This document shows, piece by piece, positions 10,209 to 20,176 of a stretch of 64,000 nt of DNA (positions within the stretch are counted from its first letter, which is position 1; the number at the start of each line of letters is the position of its first letter). Below the pieces are notes generated by a model. That model worked only from the letters and a program-made list of their open reading frames with translations. It did not search any database and was not told the DNA's origin. The stretch spans positions 145,416 to 209,415 of the forward strand of contig JBAWZV010000002.1 of assembly GCA_037142875.1 (NCBI GenBank). The letters are read 5' to 3'. The DNA is from Actinomycetes bacterium (GTDB lineage Bacteria > Actinomycetota > Thermoleophilia > Gaiellales > Gaiellaceae). Made by a program: the position numbers and the translations under genes.

Positions 10209-11087
10209 GTGCTCGTCCGGACATGGAACCTGTGCCACGGCAACACGGTCCCGCTGGGCCGCAAGGCCTACCTGCGCGAGATGGTCGAGCTGGCCACCGC
10301 CGACCAGCCTGACATCGTCTGCTTCCAGGAGGTGCCCGCCTGGGCGCTCGAGAAGATGGGCGAGTGGACGGGCATGACGAGCACGTCGGCGCGCGCCCGC
10401 GGCGCAACCGTCGGGCCTGTTCGTATCCCCTCGGGGGTCGGGAAGGCACTCACCTCGCTGAACCACGGCAAGCTGCGCTCGGCGTTCTCCGGCCAGGGCA
10501 ACGTCATCCTCGTCCCGCACGACGCCCGCATCACCGGGGAGAAGACAATCACGCTCAACACGAACCCGTTTTGCGAGGAGGAGGGCAAGAAGCTCGGCCT
10601 CGACGAGAAGATGATGCGCTGGTGGGAGCACGAGCGGCGCGTCTGCCAGATCGCACACGTCGAGCTTGCGAGCGGCCGTCGCCTTCTTGTCGCGAACCTG
10701 CACGCGACGAGCTACCCCAAGGACGTCCGGCTACCCGACGCGGAGTTGCGACGGGCAACGCGCTTCATCGACCGCCAGTCGGAGATCGACGAGGTCGTGG
10801 TCGCCGCCGGTGACTTCAACATCACCCGCGCCGACTCGAAGACGATCGTCACGCTCCTCGCCCTCCCGAAGGATGACCGCTGGTCGGACACGGGCCCGCA
10901 GATCGACCACGTGCTCGTCCGAGGCGCGGCGACCGGGTCAGTGCGGGTCTGGACTGACGAGGAGCGGGTGTTCGACGGGAAGCTGCTGTCGGACCATGCG
11001 CCCGTTGACGTCGACGTCCTCGCTGGCCGGGTGCGGACTCAGGCGTCGGCCGAGGTGCGCAGCCCGAGCTCCGACGCGATCGGCTGA
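10209..11087 (+). CDS. endonuclease/exonuclease/phosphatase (EEP) family protein
   Basis: 292-aa ORF with EEP hallmarks (DIVCFQEVP near the N-terminus, SDHAPV near the C-terminus). Confidence 0.8.
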   Translation: MLVRTWNLCHGNTVPLGRKAYLREMVELATADQPDIVCFQEVPAWALEKMGEWTGMTSTSARARGATVGPVRIPSGVGKALTSLNHGKLRSAFSGQGNVILVPHDARITGEKTITLNTNPFCEEEGKKLGLDEKMMRWWEHERRVCQIAHVELASGRRLLVANLHATSYPKDVRLPDAELRRATRFIDRQSEIDEVVVAAGDFNITRADSKTIVTLLALPKDDRWSDTGPQIDHVLVRGAATGSVRVWTDEERVFDGKLLSDHAPVDVDVLAGRVRTQASAEVRSPSSDAIG

Positions 11088-11611
11088 AGCGCCGCCACGA
11101 CGTTTGCGATGTGCTCGTCGAGCTCGAGGCCGAGCAGCTCAGCGCCGGCGTAGACCTCGTCGCGATGCACCCCGGCAGCAAATGACGGCTGCTTGAGTTT
11201 CTTCTTGACCGACTTCGGTTCGAGGCCTTCGAGGCCGGTAGGACGGACAAGTCCGCACGCGTGGACGAAACCGGACAGCTCGTCGCAGGCAAAGAGCGTC
11301 TTCTCGAGAAGCGTGTCTCGTGAGAGCTCGAGATGCTCGGCGTGTGAGAGCACAGCCCGGATGACCTCTTCTGGGTAGCCCTCCTCGTGAAGGATCGGAG
11401 CGCCGTCCTGCGGATGCTGGTCGAGCGTGGGGTGCATCTCGTAGTCGAAGTCGTGCAGCAACGCGGTGACGCGCCACAGCTCCTCGTTCTCGCCAAACCT
11501 CCGCGCATACGACGAGGTCGATGCCTCGACCGCCAGCGCGTGACGCAGGAGAGCCTCGCCCTTGGTGTAGCGCGTGAGCGTCGCCCAGGCTTGGTCGCGG
11601 GTCGGGGCCAA
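11039..11611 (-). CDS. HD/HDIG-domain phosphohydrolase
   Basis: 3' part of track ORF 11039..12025. TTG at 11611 gives a 190-aa protein (M)[28 protein letters not shown]... with the HD motif LLHDFDYE. Confidence 0.7.
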   Translation of the reverse strand: MAPTRDQAWATLTRYTKGEALLRHALAVEASTSSYARRFGENEELWRVTALLHDFDYEMHPTLDQHPQDGAPILHEEGYPEEVIRAVLSHAEHLELSRDTLLEKTLFACDELSGFVHACGLVRPTGLEGLEPKSVKKKLKQPSFAAGVHRDEVYAGAELLGLELDEHIANVVAALQPIASELGLRTSADA

Positions 11612-11651
11612 GATGGCAGCTACGATACCCGCCGCCGTGACGAGTACTGCC

Positions 11652-12944
11652 GTGAGACAAGGATCTGCCACGGAGTCATTCGTGATCGAGGGTGGTCGGC
11701 GACTCGCAGGCCACGTCCGCACAGCCGGAAACAAGAACGGCGCACTGCCGATCCTGGCCGCCTGCCTGCTCACCGACGAGCCGGTCACGCTCGACAACGT
11801 CCCTCGTATTCGCGACGTCGAGACGATGCTCGCGCTGCTACGCGACCTCGGAGCCGAGGCCGACTGGATCGGCCCGAACGAGGTTCGAGTGCACGCCGCG
11901 GAGCCGATCAGCCCCGACGTCGATGAGGCTCTCGCTGAACGGATGCGCGCGTCGTTCCTCGTCGCCGGCCCACTGCTCGCCCGGTTTGGTCGCGCCAGCG
12001 TTCCGCCACCTGGCGGCGACGTCATTGGCCGCCGCCGGCTCGACCCACACCTTCACGCCTTCGCCAAGCTCGGCGTCGAGGTCGAGATCAACGCGCGCTA
12101 CGAGCTGCGCACCTCCGGCCTCGTCGGCACTGACATCTACCTCGACGAGGCGTCCGTCATGGCGACCGAGAATGCCGTGATGGCCGCCACGCTTGCCAAG
12201 GGGCGCACGACACTGACGAATGCCGCCTCCGAGCCGCACGTCCAGGATCTCTGCCGCTTCCTGGTCGCGCTCGGAGCCGAGATCGACGGCGTTGGCTCAA
12301 ACGTCATCCACATCACCGGCGTCGAGCGCCTGACCGGCGGCTCCCACCGGATCGGCGCCGACCACATCGAGGTTGCGAGCTTCATCGGCCTTGCCGCTGT
12401 CACGAACTCCGACATCACGATCGACGACGTCGAGCCGGGCGATCTCGTCTCGATCCTTCCGGCCTTCGAGCGTCTCGGCGTGCACGTTGAGCTGAACGGC
12501 ACGTCGATCCGTGTTCCCCCTGATCAACCGCTCGTGATCTGTGACGACATCGGCGGCCAGATCCCGAAGCTCGAGGACGGCCCGTGGCCAGCGTTCCCGG
12601 CCGACCTCACCTCGATCGGCCTCGCCGTCGCGACGCAGGCGCACGGCACGATCCTGATCTTCGAGAAGATGTTCGAGAACCGCCTGTTCTTCGTCGACAA
12701 GCTCGTGTCGATGGGCGCCCGGATCATCCTGTGCGACCCACACCGCGCGATCGTGGACGGGCCGTCGAAGCTGTACGGCCAGCGGATGTCGAGCCCCGAC
12801 ATCCGAGCCGGGATGGCTCTCCTGATCGCAAGTCTCTGCGCGGAGGGCATCTCGACGATCGGGAACGTCAGCGAGATCGACCGCGGCTACGAGCAGATCG
12901 ACGCGCGGCTTCGCGGCCTCGGCGCGTCGATCGAACGCGTCTAG
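11652..12944 (+). CDS. murA: UDP-N-acetylglucosamine 1-carboxyvinyltransferase
   Basis: Track ORF 11574..12944. The MurA N-terminus [31 protein letters not shown] is present. GTG 11652 is preferred; ATG 11613 is possible but lies 1 nt from the divergent HD gene start. Confidence 0.9.
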   Translation: MRQGSATESFVIEGGRRLAGHVRTAGNKNGALPILAACLLTDEPVTLDNVPRIRDVETMLALLRDLGAEADWIGPNEVRVHAAEPISPDVDEALAERMRASFLVAGPLLARFGRASVPPPGGDVIGRRRLDPHLHAFAKLGVEVEINARYELRTSGLVGTDIYLDEASVMATENAVMAATLAKGRTTLTNAASEPHVQDLCRFLVALGAEIDGVGSNVIHITGVERLTGGSHRIGADHIEVASFIGLAAVTNSDITIDDVEPGDLVSILPAFERLGVHVELNGTSIRVPPDQPLVICDDIGGQIPKLEDGPWPAFPADLTSIGLAVATQAHGTILIFEKMFENRLFFVDKLVSMGARIILCDPHRAIVDGPSKLYGQRMSSPDIRAGMALLIASLCAEGISTIGNVSEIDRGYEQIDARLRGLGASIERV

Positions 12945-14239
12945 CGGGCCGAGACGCCGAGCGAAACGCGGCGTGCCCGAGCGGCCTCGCGGGCCGATGC
13001 CGTTGTCTTCTTCTTCACGGTGGCCGTCACCGCTACGACCTTGAGTGGAGGCACGGGCTGGCCCGTTGCCTTCGCGACGGCCGCTGCGACGTCGAGCACG
13101 CCGTATCCGGCGGCGGCGCGCCGTACCCCGCCGCCCGTCGCGCTCAACTCGAGCGTCTGTGCGACCTGATCGGCGGTCAGCGACGGGTTCGCCGCCCAGA
13201 CAAGCGCTGCCGCGCCGGCGACCTGCGGCGCCGAGTACGAGGTCCCGCTGCTGTAGCCGTAGATCCCCTTCGTTGTCCCGTCCAGGGCCGTCCGGGGAAA
13301 CGCGATCTGCGAGGCTGCGGCGGGGAGAGCTCCGAGAACGTGCACTCCCGGGGCAAGGAGCGAGACGTACGCGGCCGACGTCGAGAACGATGCCCGGAGC
13401 CCGTTCTGCGCCGAGGAGCCGACAGCGAGCCCGTGGTCGGTCAGGAGCGCCGCGGGATACGACGGCTCGTTGCCCGCCATACCACCGTTTCCGGCAGCCG
13501 CAACCACGAGCACGCCATGAGCGACGGCGTAGTCGATCGCGTCGCGCTCGATCTGCGAGGTCTGGCTGCCACCGATGCTCAGGTTCAGGATCTGCGCCCC
13601 GTGGTCGACAGCCCAGACAATGCCAGCCGCCTCGTCGAAGTCGGTGAAGGTGTTCGCGTTGCGGTTTGCCTCGACGATGAGCAGGCGGACGTCACCACCG
13701 AACCCCGCCATGCCGTCGCCGTTTGTCACCGAGCCGCCCGCGAGCGAGGCGACGAACGTGCCGTGACCGTCGATGTCTGTCACGGTGGAGTCATTTGTGA
13801 CCGAGTTGAAGCCGACCGGCGACTTCGCAGCGAGGTCGGGAGCGGAGAGATCGGCGCCGGTGTCAACGACCGCGATCGTGATCGCCGAGGCGGCGCGAAA
13901 CACCGAGGGAGGTACGAGGTTCTCACGAGTCGCTGCGTAGGCCCATTCGCTCGCCGCGGTCGCACCGTTCGTGATGGTCAAGACTGGCTCTCCGAGATGG
14001 ACGCGGGCGACGCCGCGCTGCGCCGACCGGATCCCGGGGCGCTGCCGCAGGTCGCGCAGACCGACACCTTCGACCTCGGCAATCCGCAGCGTGGGGAGGC
14101 TCCGGAGCACGTGGAGCCCGCGCAGATCTGAGGGCGCGGTATACCCCACCGTCATCGGTGTGGTCGCTCCGACTGGGGCTGCCCCGGCAAGAGCGAACCA
14201 GATGAAACACACGAGAGCCCCCCGGCTTCTCACCCTCAC
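12941..14239 (-). CDS. secreted S8 (subtilisin-like) serine peptidase
   Basis: 432 aa with an N-terminal signal peptide ([18 protein letters not shown]). Catalytic triad motifs are [18 protein letters not shown] and [15 protein letters not shown]. Confidence 0.9.
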   Translation of the reverse strand: MRVRSRGALVCFIWFALAGAAPVGATTPMTVGYTAPSDLRGLHVLRSLPTLRIAEVEGVGLRDLRQRPGIRSAQRGVARVHLGEPVLTITNGATAASEWAYAATRENLVPPSVFRAASAITIAVVDTGADLSAPDLAAKSPVGFNSVTNDSTVTDIDGHGTFVASLAGGSVTNGDGMAGFGGDVRLLIVEANRNANTFTDFDEAAGIVWAVDHGAQILNLSIGGSQTSQIERDAIDYAVAHGVLVVAAAGNGGMAGNEPSYPAALLTDHGLAVGSSAQNGLRASFSTSAAYVSLLAPGVHVLGALPAAASQIAFPRTALDGTTKGIYGYSSGTSYSAPQVAGAAALVWAANPSLTADQVAQTLELSATGGGVRRAAAGYGVLDVAAAVAKATGQPVPPLKVVAVTATVKKKTTASAREAARARRVSLGVSAR

Positions 14240-14340
14240 CCTGGCGCGACGCTACGCCTCAGACCGGACGGTTGCCATAGGCCGTTCGGCCCATCTTTCG
14301 CCGCCGCAATCGCACGTGGGCGGAGAGGTACGCTCATCCC

Positions 14341-14859
14341 GTGAGCTTGACCCAGACAGGCGTGCGACTCGAACTCGCGGACACCGGCTCGGCGAACGTC
14401 GCGACGGGCCTGCCCGTGCTCGACCATGTCATCTCGGTGCTCGCCGCCGCGGGACGTTTCGCGATCACCCTCGAGGTCGCGCCGGGCGGGGCAGACGAGC
14501 TGGTCGCAGCCGCTGGGCAGAGCCTGGGAGCCGCCGTCGGGGCGCAGCTCCGATCGACGGGCGCGAGTGGGCGCGGCAGGGCGTGGCTTCCATCTGACGA
14601 GGCGCTCGCCGGCGCGGTGCTCGAGATCACCGAAACGCCGCTCTTCGCGTCAAACGTCGACTTCTCCGACGAGCGGGTCGGCGGCCACGGGAGCGATATC
14701 GTGGCACGGTTCCTCGAGTCGTTCACGACCGGCGCCTCGCTCAACCTGCACATCCGCGTCCTCGAAGGGCGGGAGTCGCAGCACGTTGTCATAGCGATCT
14801 TCAAAGCACTTGGAGCGGCTCTCGGCCAGGCGTGCCGGCCGCAGGGAGGAAACACATGA
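14341..14859 (+). CDS. imidazoleglycerol-phosphate dehydratase-like protein, degenerate (likely non-catalytic)
   Basis: 172 aa. It retains IGPD-like blocks (TGLPVLDHV..., ...HVVIAIFKALGAALGQA). The paired His / Glu-Asp metal-ligand motifs appear replaced (see finding). Confidence 0.6.
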   Translation: MSLTQTGVRLELADTGSANVATGLPVLDHVISVLAAAGRFAITLEVAPGGADELVAAAGQSLGAAVGAQLRSTGASGRGRAWLPSDEALAGAVLEITETPLFASNVDFSDERVGGHGSDIVARFLESFTTGASLNLHIRVLEGRESQHVVIAIFKALGAALGQACRPQGGNT

Positions 14860-15245
14860 GCAAGCACGTTGTACGGACAGACGAGGCTCCGGCGCCGTTC
14901 CAGGGCGCGCCCTACTCGCAGGCGATCAAGGCAAACGGGTTCGTGTTCGTCTCCGGCCAGCTCGCGCTGCTGCCGGGCCACACCGCGCTCGTCGACGGTG
15001 GCATCACCGAGCAGACCGAGCAGGTGTTGGCGAACCTGAAGGCGATCCTCGCCGCTGCCGGCTCGTCGCTCGACCGGATCGTGAAGACGACCGTGTTCTT
15101 GCAGGATCTCGGCGACTTCGCCGCGATGAACGAGGTCTACGGACGCCACATCGGCGACACCCCGCCGGCTCGCTCGACCTTCCAGGTCGCGAAGCTGCCG
15201 TCAGGCGCCCTGGTGGAGATCGAAGCGATCGCGCTCTGCGACTGA
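14856..15245 (+). CDS. ridA: RidA/YjgF family reactive-intermediate deaminase
   Basis: ATG 14856 is preceded by GGAGGA and overlaps the upstream stop (ATGA). MSKHVVRTDEAPAPFQGAPYSQAIKANGFVFVSGQ is a classic RidA N-terminus. Confidence 0.9.
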   Translation: MSKHVVRTDEAPAPFQGAPYSQAIKANGFVFVSGQLALLPGHTALVDGGITEQTEQVLANLKAILAAAGSSLDRIVKTTVFLQDLGDFAAMNEVYGRHIGDTPPARSTFQVAKLPSGALVEIEAIALCD

Positions 15246-15291
15246 CCCCTCGGCACGGGCGCGCGGCGACGCTCGCCGCCACAATGACGAC

Positions 15292-16656
15292 ATGAAGGCG
15301 ATCGAGGAGTACGTGCGGGTGCTCGGTCTCGACGCCTACGTGGTCGGCGGTGCGGTGCGCGACTCGCTGCTTGGACGTGACTCCAAGGACGCGGACTTTC
15401 TCGTGCCTGGCGTCGACGCTGCGTCGTTGCGGCTGGCGCTCGAGCCTCATGGACGGGTCGACGAGCTGATCGTCGCCGGGCGCCCAGTCGGCCTGCGCCT
15501 GTACCCGCGGAACGGCACTATCCGTGCGCTCGTACCTGCCGGGATCGAGTTTGCGCCGCCGCGTCGCGAGGTCTCGACCGGCCCGGGAAGGCATGACTTC
15601 GAGATTGTCGTCGACCCCGACGCGACCGTCGAGGAGGACCTCGAGCGGCGCGACTTCACGATCAATGCGATCGCGCGCCGCCTGAGCGACGGAACGATCA
15701 TCGACCCGAAGGAGGGCCGGGCCGACATCGACGCCAGGACACTCCGAACGGTCTCACCAAACAGCTTTGCCGAGGATCCGCTCCGTCTCGTCCGCGGCCT
15801 GCGCTTCGTCTCGCAGCTGGGCTTCGAGCCCGACGCCGAGACCCTTCGCCAGATGCACGAGGAGGCCGCATCGGTCGCGCTCGTCTCCGGCGAACGCATC
15901 GGCGGTGGGCTCGGTGCCGACGGGATGGGCGAGCTCTCCAAGCTCCTGCTCGGCACCCATCCCCGCCGGGCACTCGAGCTCGCCCGTGATACGGGCGTGC
16001 TCGTCGCGCTCCTGCCGGAGTTCGCGGCGGCGGTCGGGTTCGACTCCGACTCGCCCGACCACAGGATGACCGTGGACGATCACATCTTCGCCGTCGTTCA
16101 GGCTGCGGCCGACGCCGGGATGCCGCTGCGCGTTCGGCTCGCCGCGCTCCTCCACGACGTCGGGAAACCCGCCGCAGCGCTCACCGACCATGCGGCGCTC
16201 GGCGCGAGCCTCGCCGACGACGCGCTCCGGAGGCTGCGCTACCCGAATGATCTACGGGAGCGGGTCGTGCGCATTGTGCGCGACCACCCCTTCCTGCTCG
16301 GCGACGGCGACGCGCTCGAGGCGCGCAGGCTCCTCGCCCGCCACGGCGACGGGCTGGTCCACGACATCATCGACCACTGGCAGGCCGACCTCACCGGTCG
16401 CGACCAGAGCGCCGGGACAGCGGCGAAGCTCGAGCGGGTTGCGCGCTTCCGGGAGACCGTCGGCGCAGAGTCGGCTCGGCCCCACCGGCTCGCTGACCTC
16501 GCGATCGATGGGAGCGACCTGCAGGCTGTGGGCTTCGCGCCCGGCCCGGCCCTGGGCGTCGCCCTTGCAACGTTGCTCGTTGCCGTCGTCGACGAGCCCG
16601 ACCTGAACGAGCGCGCCACCCTCCTCGAACGTGCGCTGGAGCTGCTCGTTCCATGA
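15292..16656 (+). CDS. cca: CCA-adding tRNA nucleotidyltransferase with HD domain
   Basis: 454 aa with a nucleotidyltransferase head (VVGGAVRDSLLGRDSKDADF), RDFTINA and an HD motif (LLHDVGK). Confidence 0.85.
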   Translation: MKAIEEYVRVLGLDAYVVGGAVRDSLLGRDSKDADFLVPGVDAASLRLALEPHGRVDELIVAGRPVGLRLYPRNGTIRALVPAGIEFAPPRREVSTGPGRHDFEIVVDPDATVEEDLERRDFTINAIARRLSDGTIIDPKEGRADIDARTLRTVSPNSFAEDPLRLVRGLRFVSQLGFEPDAETLRQMHEEAASVALVSGERIGGGLGADGMGELSKLLLGTHPRRALELARDTGVLVALLPEFAAAVGFDSDSPDHRMTVDDHIFAVVQAAADAGMPLRVRLAALLHDVGKPAAALTDHAALGASLADDALRRLRYPNDLRERVVRIVRDHPFLLGDGDALEARRLLARHGDGLVHDIIDHWQADLTGRDQSAGTAAKLERVARFRETVGAESARPHRLADLAIDGSDLQAVGFAPGPALGVALATLLVAVVDEPDLNERATLLERALELLVP

Positions 16657-17342
16657 TCCGCTGGGATGCACCGGGGCCGTACGCGGTTGCCTTCACGACG
16701 CGTGAGGGGGGAGTCAGCGAAGGCGCCTTCGCCTCGCTCAACCTCGCGCACCGAGGCGGCGACGACGACGCGCGGGTCGACGAGAACCGACGCATCGCCT
16801 GCGAGGGACTCGGCCTCGATGTGGCCCGGCTTGCCGTCAACCGTCAGCGCCACTCGGCGACCGTCGTCCGCGCGGAGCCCGGCATCACAGACGCACTCGG
16901 CGACTGCCTGTGGAGCGACACTGTCGGCGTGCCGATGCTCGCTCTTGCAGCCGACTGCGTGCCGATCGCGATCGCCCGCACCGACGGCCCGGCCGCGCTG
17001 GCCGTCGTCCACGCCGGCTGGCGCGGACTCGCTGACGGCGTCATCGACGCATCCGTGCGCGCGCTCGGCGCGGGGGAGACCGCAGCGATCGTCGGTCCCT
17101 CCTGCGGACCGTGCTGTTACGAGGTCGGCGCCGAGGTCTCCGTCCGGTTCGACCCCGATCTGACCACGGGGCGAATCCTCGACCTCTGGAGCGCCGCCGA
17201 GCGCGCGTTGCAGCGGGCGGGCGTCGCGATCATCGAGCGTGTCGACCTGTGCACGCGATGCAACCCGGCGCTCTTCTTCTCCCACAGGGCAACAGGCGAG
17301 CCTCGCGGCTCGCAGGGGGTGATCGGTGCTGTCACCGGTTGA
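16653..17342 (+). CDS. pgeF: peptidoglycan editing factor PgeF (YfiH/DUF152 family)
   Basis: 229 aa with motifs FTTREGGVS, ADCVPI and HAGWRG. Start overlaps the cca stop (ATGA). Confidence 0.85.
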   Translation: MIRWDAPGPYAVAFTTREGGVSEGAFASLNLAHRGGDDDARVDENRRIACEGLGLDVARLAVNRQRHSATVVRAEPGITDALGDCLWSDTVGVPMLALAADCVPIAIARTDGPAALAVVHAGWRGLADGVIDASVRALGAGETAAIVGPSCGPCCYEVGAEVSVRFDPDLTTGRILDLWSAAERALQRAGVAIIERVDLCTRCNPALFFSHRATGEPRGSQGVIGAVTG

Positions 17343-17913
17343 GATTCGCGCACGGTTTGACCTCGTTCAGGAGGCCGTAGGCCCCAACGTGACGATCGTC
17401 GCGGCGACGAAGTACGTCACGGTCGACGAGATGGCGCGGCTCGTCGAGGCCGGCATCGAGGTCGTCGGCGAGAACCGCGTGCAGGACCTCGACGCCAAGC
17501 ATGCGGTCTACGGCGACGCCTTCCGCTGGCACTTCATCGGGCGGCTCCAGTCGAACAAGGCGAAGGTCGTCAACCGCACCTGCGAGCTCGTCCACTCGCT
17601 CGACTCCCACACGACGGCAGCCCGTCTTGAGATCCCGGCGCTCGTGCAGGTGAACCTCGCCGGGGAGGAGTCCAAGGGGGGCGTCGCAGTTGCAGAACTT
17701 GCCGACTATCTCCGTTACGACGTGCGCGGTCTGTCGACCATGCCGCCCGCAGCTCCGACGCCGGAGGAGTCGCAGCCGTGGTTTCGGCGGCTCCGCGAGC
17801 TCGCCGGCGAGCACGGGTTGAAGGAGCTCTCGATGGGGACGACACAGGACTTCGCGGTCGCCGCGGAGGAGGGTGCGACCCACGTTCGCGTCGGCAGCAT
17901 TCTCTTCCGGTAG
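17326..17913 (+). CDS. yggS: YggS family pyridoxal-phosphate homeostasis protein
   Basis: 195 aa with the KYV PLP-lysine region and the HFIGRLQSNK motif. Canonical position between pgeF and sepF. Confidence 0.85.
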   Translation: MLSPVEIRARFDLVQEAVGPNVTIVAATKYVTVDEMARLVEAGIEVVGENRVQDLDAKHAVYGDAFRWHFIGRLQSNKAKVVNRTCELVHSLDSHTTAARLEIPALVQVNLAGEESKGGVAVAELADYLRYDVRGLSTMPPAAPTPEESQPWFRRLRELAGEHGLKELSMGTTQDFAVAAEEGATHVRVGSILFR

Positions 17914-17935
17914 CGAACTCGTTACGATTGGCCCG

Positions 17936-18508
17936 ATGGCACTCGCCGAGCTCTGGAGTCGCACGCTCGTCTACTTCGGTATTGCGGAGGATGACCACGA
18001 GTTCCTCGACGACGACGATCTCGTCACAGCGGAGGAGTCGCTCGAGCAGAGCTACCGCGACCGTCCGAACGTCCGCCGGCTGACACCGAGGCGCAGGCCG
18101 AACGAGTTCGACGACTGGACGGACTCCGAGGACGGCGCTCGCGACGAGCCGCGCCCGGCAGCCGCATCGGCCCGCTCGGCCGCCCGCAGCCGACACATCG
18201 AGGCTGTCCCGAACCCGAACCCGAACTCGGTTCGCGTCCACCTCGTCATCCCGAAGAGCTTCAACGACGCCCAGCAGATCGCCGATCGCTTCAAGCAGTT
18301 GATCCCCGTGATCCTCAACCTGCAGAGCGCCGACGCCGAGCTGTCGAAGCGCCTGATCGACTTCGCGAGCGGTCTGACATACGCGTTGAACGGCGGGATG
18401 CAGCGCGTCGCCGACAAGGTCTTCCTCCTCACCCCGCAAAACGTCGAGGTGAGCGCCGAGCAGCGCGCGCAGCTCCTCGAGCGCGGCGGCTTCTTCAACC
18501 AGGCCTGA
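17936..18508 (+). CDS. sepF: cell division protein SepF
   Basis: ATG 17936 within track ORF 17873..18508. MALAELWSRTLVYFGI... N-terminus, a disordered linker, and a C-terminal SepF domain (VIPKSFNDAQQIADRFKQLIPVILNL). Confidence 0.9.
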   Translation: MALAELWSRTLVYFGIAEDDHEFLDDDDLVTAEESLEQSYRDRPNVRRLTPRRRPNEFDDWTDSEDGARDEPRPAAASARSAARSRHIEAVPNPNPNSVRVHLVIPKSFNDAQQIADRFKQLIPVILNLQSADAELSKRLIDFASGLTYALNGGMQRVADKVFLLTPQNVEVSAEQRAQLLERGGFFNQA

Positions 18509-18555
18509 TCGCTCCCGGGTAGGAGAACCCTTCGCGGTCGCGAAGGACGTCGTCA

Positions 18556-18840
18556 ATGGTCCTCGACGCGATCACCCAGGTCGAACTCTTCATCAACGTC
18601 TTCGTCAGCGTCTACACGCTGACCGTGTTCCTCTACGTGCTGACGTCGTGGATCCGCCTGCCGTACGCGTTCAGCCCGATCCAACGGTTTCTCTCGGACG
18701 TCTGCGAGCCCTATCTGCGGCTATGGCGGCGAATCCTGCCGTTCTCGGCAGGGCCGCTCGACTTCACGCCGATGGTCGCAATCCTGGCGCTCATGTTCCT
18801 CAACCGGCTCGTCGTGACGCTCCTCGGCGGGCTTCACTAA
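18556..18840 (+). CDS. YggT family membrane protein
   Basis: 94-aa two-TM protein in the conserved sepF-yggT-divIVA position. Confidence 0.85.
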   Translation: MVLDAITQVELFINVFVSVYTLTVFLYVLTSWIRLPYAFSPIQRFLSDVCEPYLRLWRRILPFSAGPLDFTPMVAILALMFLNRLVVTLLGGLH

Positions 18841-18853
18841 AGGAGGAGAGGAG

Positions 18854-19483
18854 ATGTCCTACTCACCGGTCGAGCTCCGCCACGTGCAGGTTGCACGCAG
18901 CTTCCTCGGGTACAAGCGCAAGGACGTCGAGCAGATCCTCGATGAGATCGCCGACAGCTTCGAGAACGTCTGGCGTGAGCGCGGCGAGCTCGCCGACAAG
19001 GTCGAGGATCTCCAGAACGAGCTTGAGATCTTGAAGCGCACGGAGAAAGCGCTCACGCACACGCTGATCGCCGCCGACCAGGCCGCAACCGAGGTGCGCG
19101 AGCAGGCCAAGCGCGAGGCGGAGGTGATCGTCGCCGAGGCGTACCACGAGGCGCGCTCGGTCACACGTGCCGCCCAGGGAGAACGCGAACGACTGTTCAC
19201 CGAGGCGCGCCGCGTCGAGGCGCTACTGCGATCGGCACTCGGGCTCGTCTCCGAGTCAGCGACAGCCGCTCGTCCCGCGCAAGCACCGGCCGCATCAGCT
19301 CCGACGGAGACCACGGCCGAGTGGCTGATCGAGGACACCCTCGAGGACACCCGACCCGTCGACGTGCCGTTGGTCGGTGCCGCCCCCGCCGAGTCGCCAA
19401 CGCTGATCGGGCCGGAGGCACCGCCGCGTCTGCTGCGCCGTGTCGCCGGGGACGAGGGGCGCGACTTCGACTGGGGCGAGTGA
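18854..19483 (+). CDS. divIVA: DivIVA domain protein
   Basis: 209 aa. N-terminal DivIVA lipid-binding motif region (VELRHVQVARSFLGYKRKDVEQILDEI) followed by a coiled coil. Confidence 0.85.
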   Translation: MSYSPVELRHVQVARSFLGYKRKDVEQILDEIADSFENVWRERGELADKVEDLQNELEILKRTEKALTHTLIAADQAATEVREQAKREAEVIVAEAYHEARSVTRAAQGERERLFTEARRVEALLRSALGLVSESATAARPAQAPAASAPTETTAEWLIEDTLEDTRPVDVPLVGAAPAESPTLIGPEAPPRLLRRVAGDEGRDFDWGE

Positions 19484-19520
19484 CCGCACCCGCAGGGGCG
19501 AACGTACACTGGAGTCTGTG

Positions 19521-19811
19521 ATGGCTTCGACCCGGCTTCAGCTACGCGTCTCACCCGGCGCCGCTCGTGCCGAGGTCGTCGGACGACACGGCAGCGCCTG
19601 GAAGGTTCGCGTGACGGCTGCACCCGAGAACGGCCGAGCCAACGACGCCGTTGTGGAGTTGCTTTCCGACACACTAGATCTGCCTCGCCGCGACGTCGCC
19701 GTCGTCTCGGGCCACTCGGCACGATCCAAGGTCGTCTCGCTCGAGGGAATCGACGAGGCCGAACTCCAAAGGCGACTGGACGTCGCAGTCCACGGAAGGG
19801 ACGAAGTATGA
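19521..19811 (+). CDS. DUF167 (YggU) family protein
   Basis: ATG 19521 within track ORF 19440..19811. LRVSPGAARAEVVG...VRVTAAPENGRANDAVVELLS fits the YggU pattern. Confidence 0.75.
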   Translation: MASTRLQLRVSPGAARAEVVGRHGSAWKVRVTAAPENGRANDAVVELLSDTLDLPRRDVAVVSGHSARSKVVSLEGIDEAELQRRLDVAVHGRDEV

Positions 19812-20176
19812 GCGACTCGCTCGATCTTGTCGTCATCCGCACGCAGCTCGACGCCGAGCGCGCGCGCGTCGTCGCGATGCTCGCCCATCTCCACGCCGGA
19901 GCCGCCGTCTCTCTCGACGACGAGACCGGAGAGGTCGCTGGACGTGGCAACGACAACCACCTGGCCGACATGGCAACCGTCACGGTCGAGCGAGAGCTTG
20001 AGGAGGGGATCGAGGAGGGCGCGCAGCAGACGCTTGAGCAGGTCGAGCGAGCCCTCGCACGCCTCGACGAAGGCACGTACGGCGCGTGTGAACGGTGTGG
20101 CGAGCCGATCGGTGCCGAGCGACTTGCAGCCCGCCCCTGGGCCACGCTCTGCATCGACGACCAACGCCGGGCATGA
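19808..20176 (+). CDS. TraR/DksA family C4 zinc-finger protein
   Basis: 122 aa with the C-terminal pattern Y-G-x-C-x2-C-G-x-P-I...R...P....C..C (YGACERCGEPIGAERLAARPWATLCIDDQ). Start overlaps the upstream stop. Confidence 0.75.
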   Translation: MSDSLDLVVIRTQLDAERARVVAMLAHLHAGAAVSLDDETGEVAGRGNDNHLADMATVTVERELEEGIEEGAQQTLEQVERALARLDEGTYGACERCGEPIGAERLAARPWATLCIDDQRRA

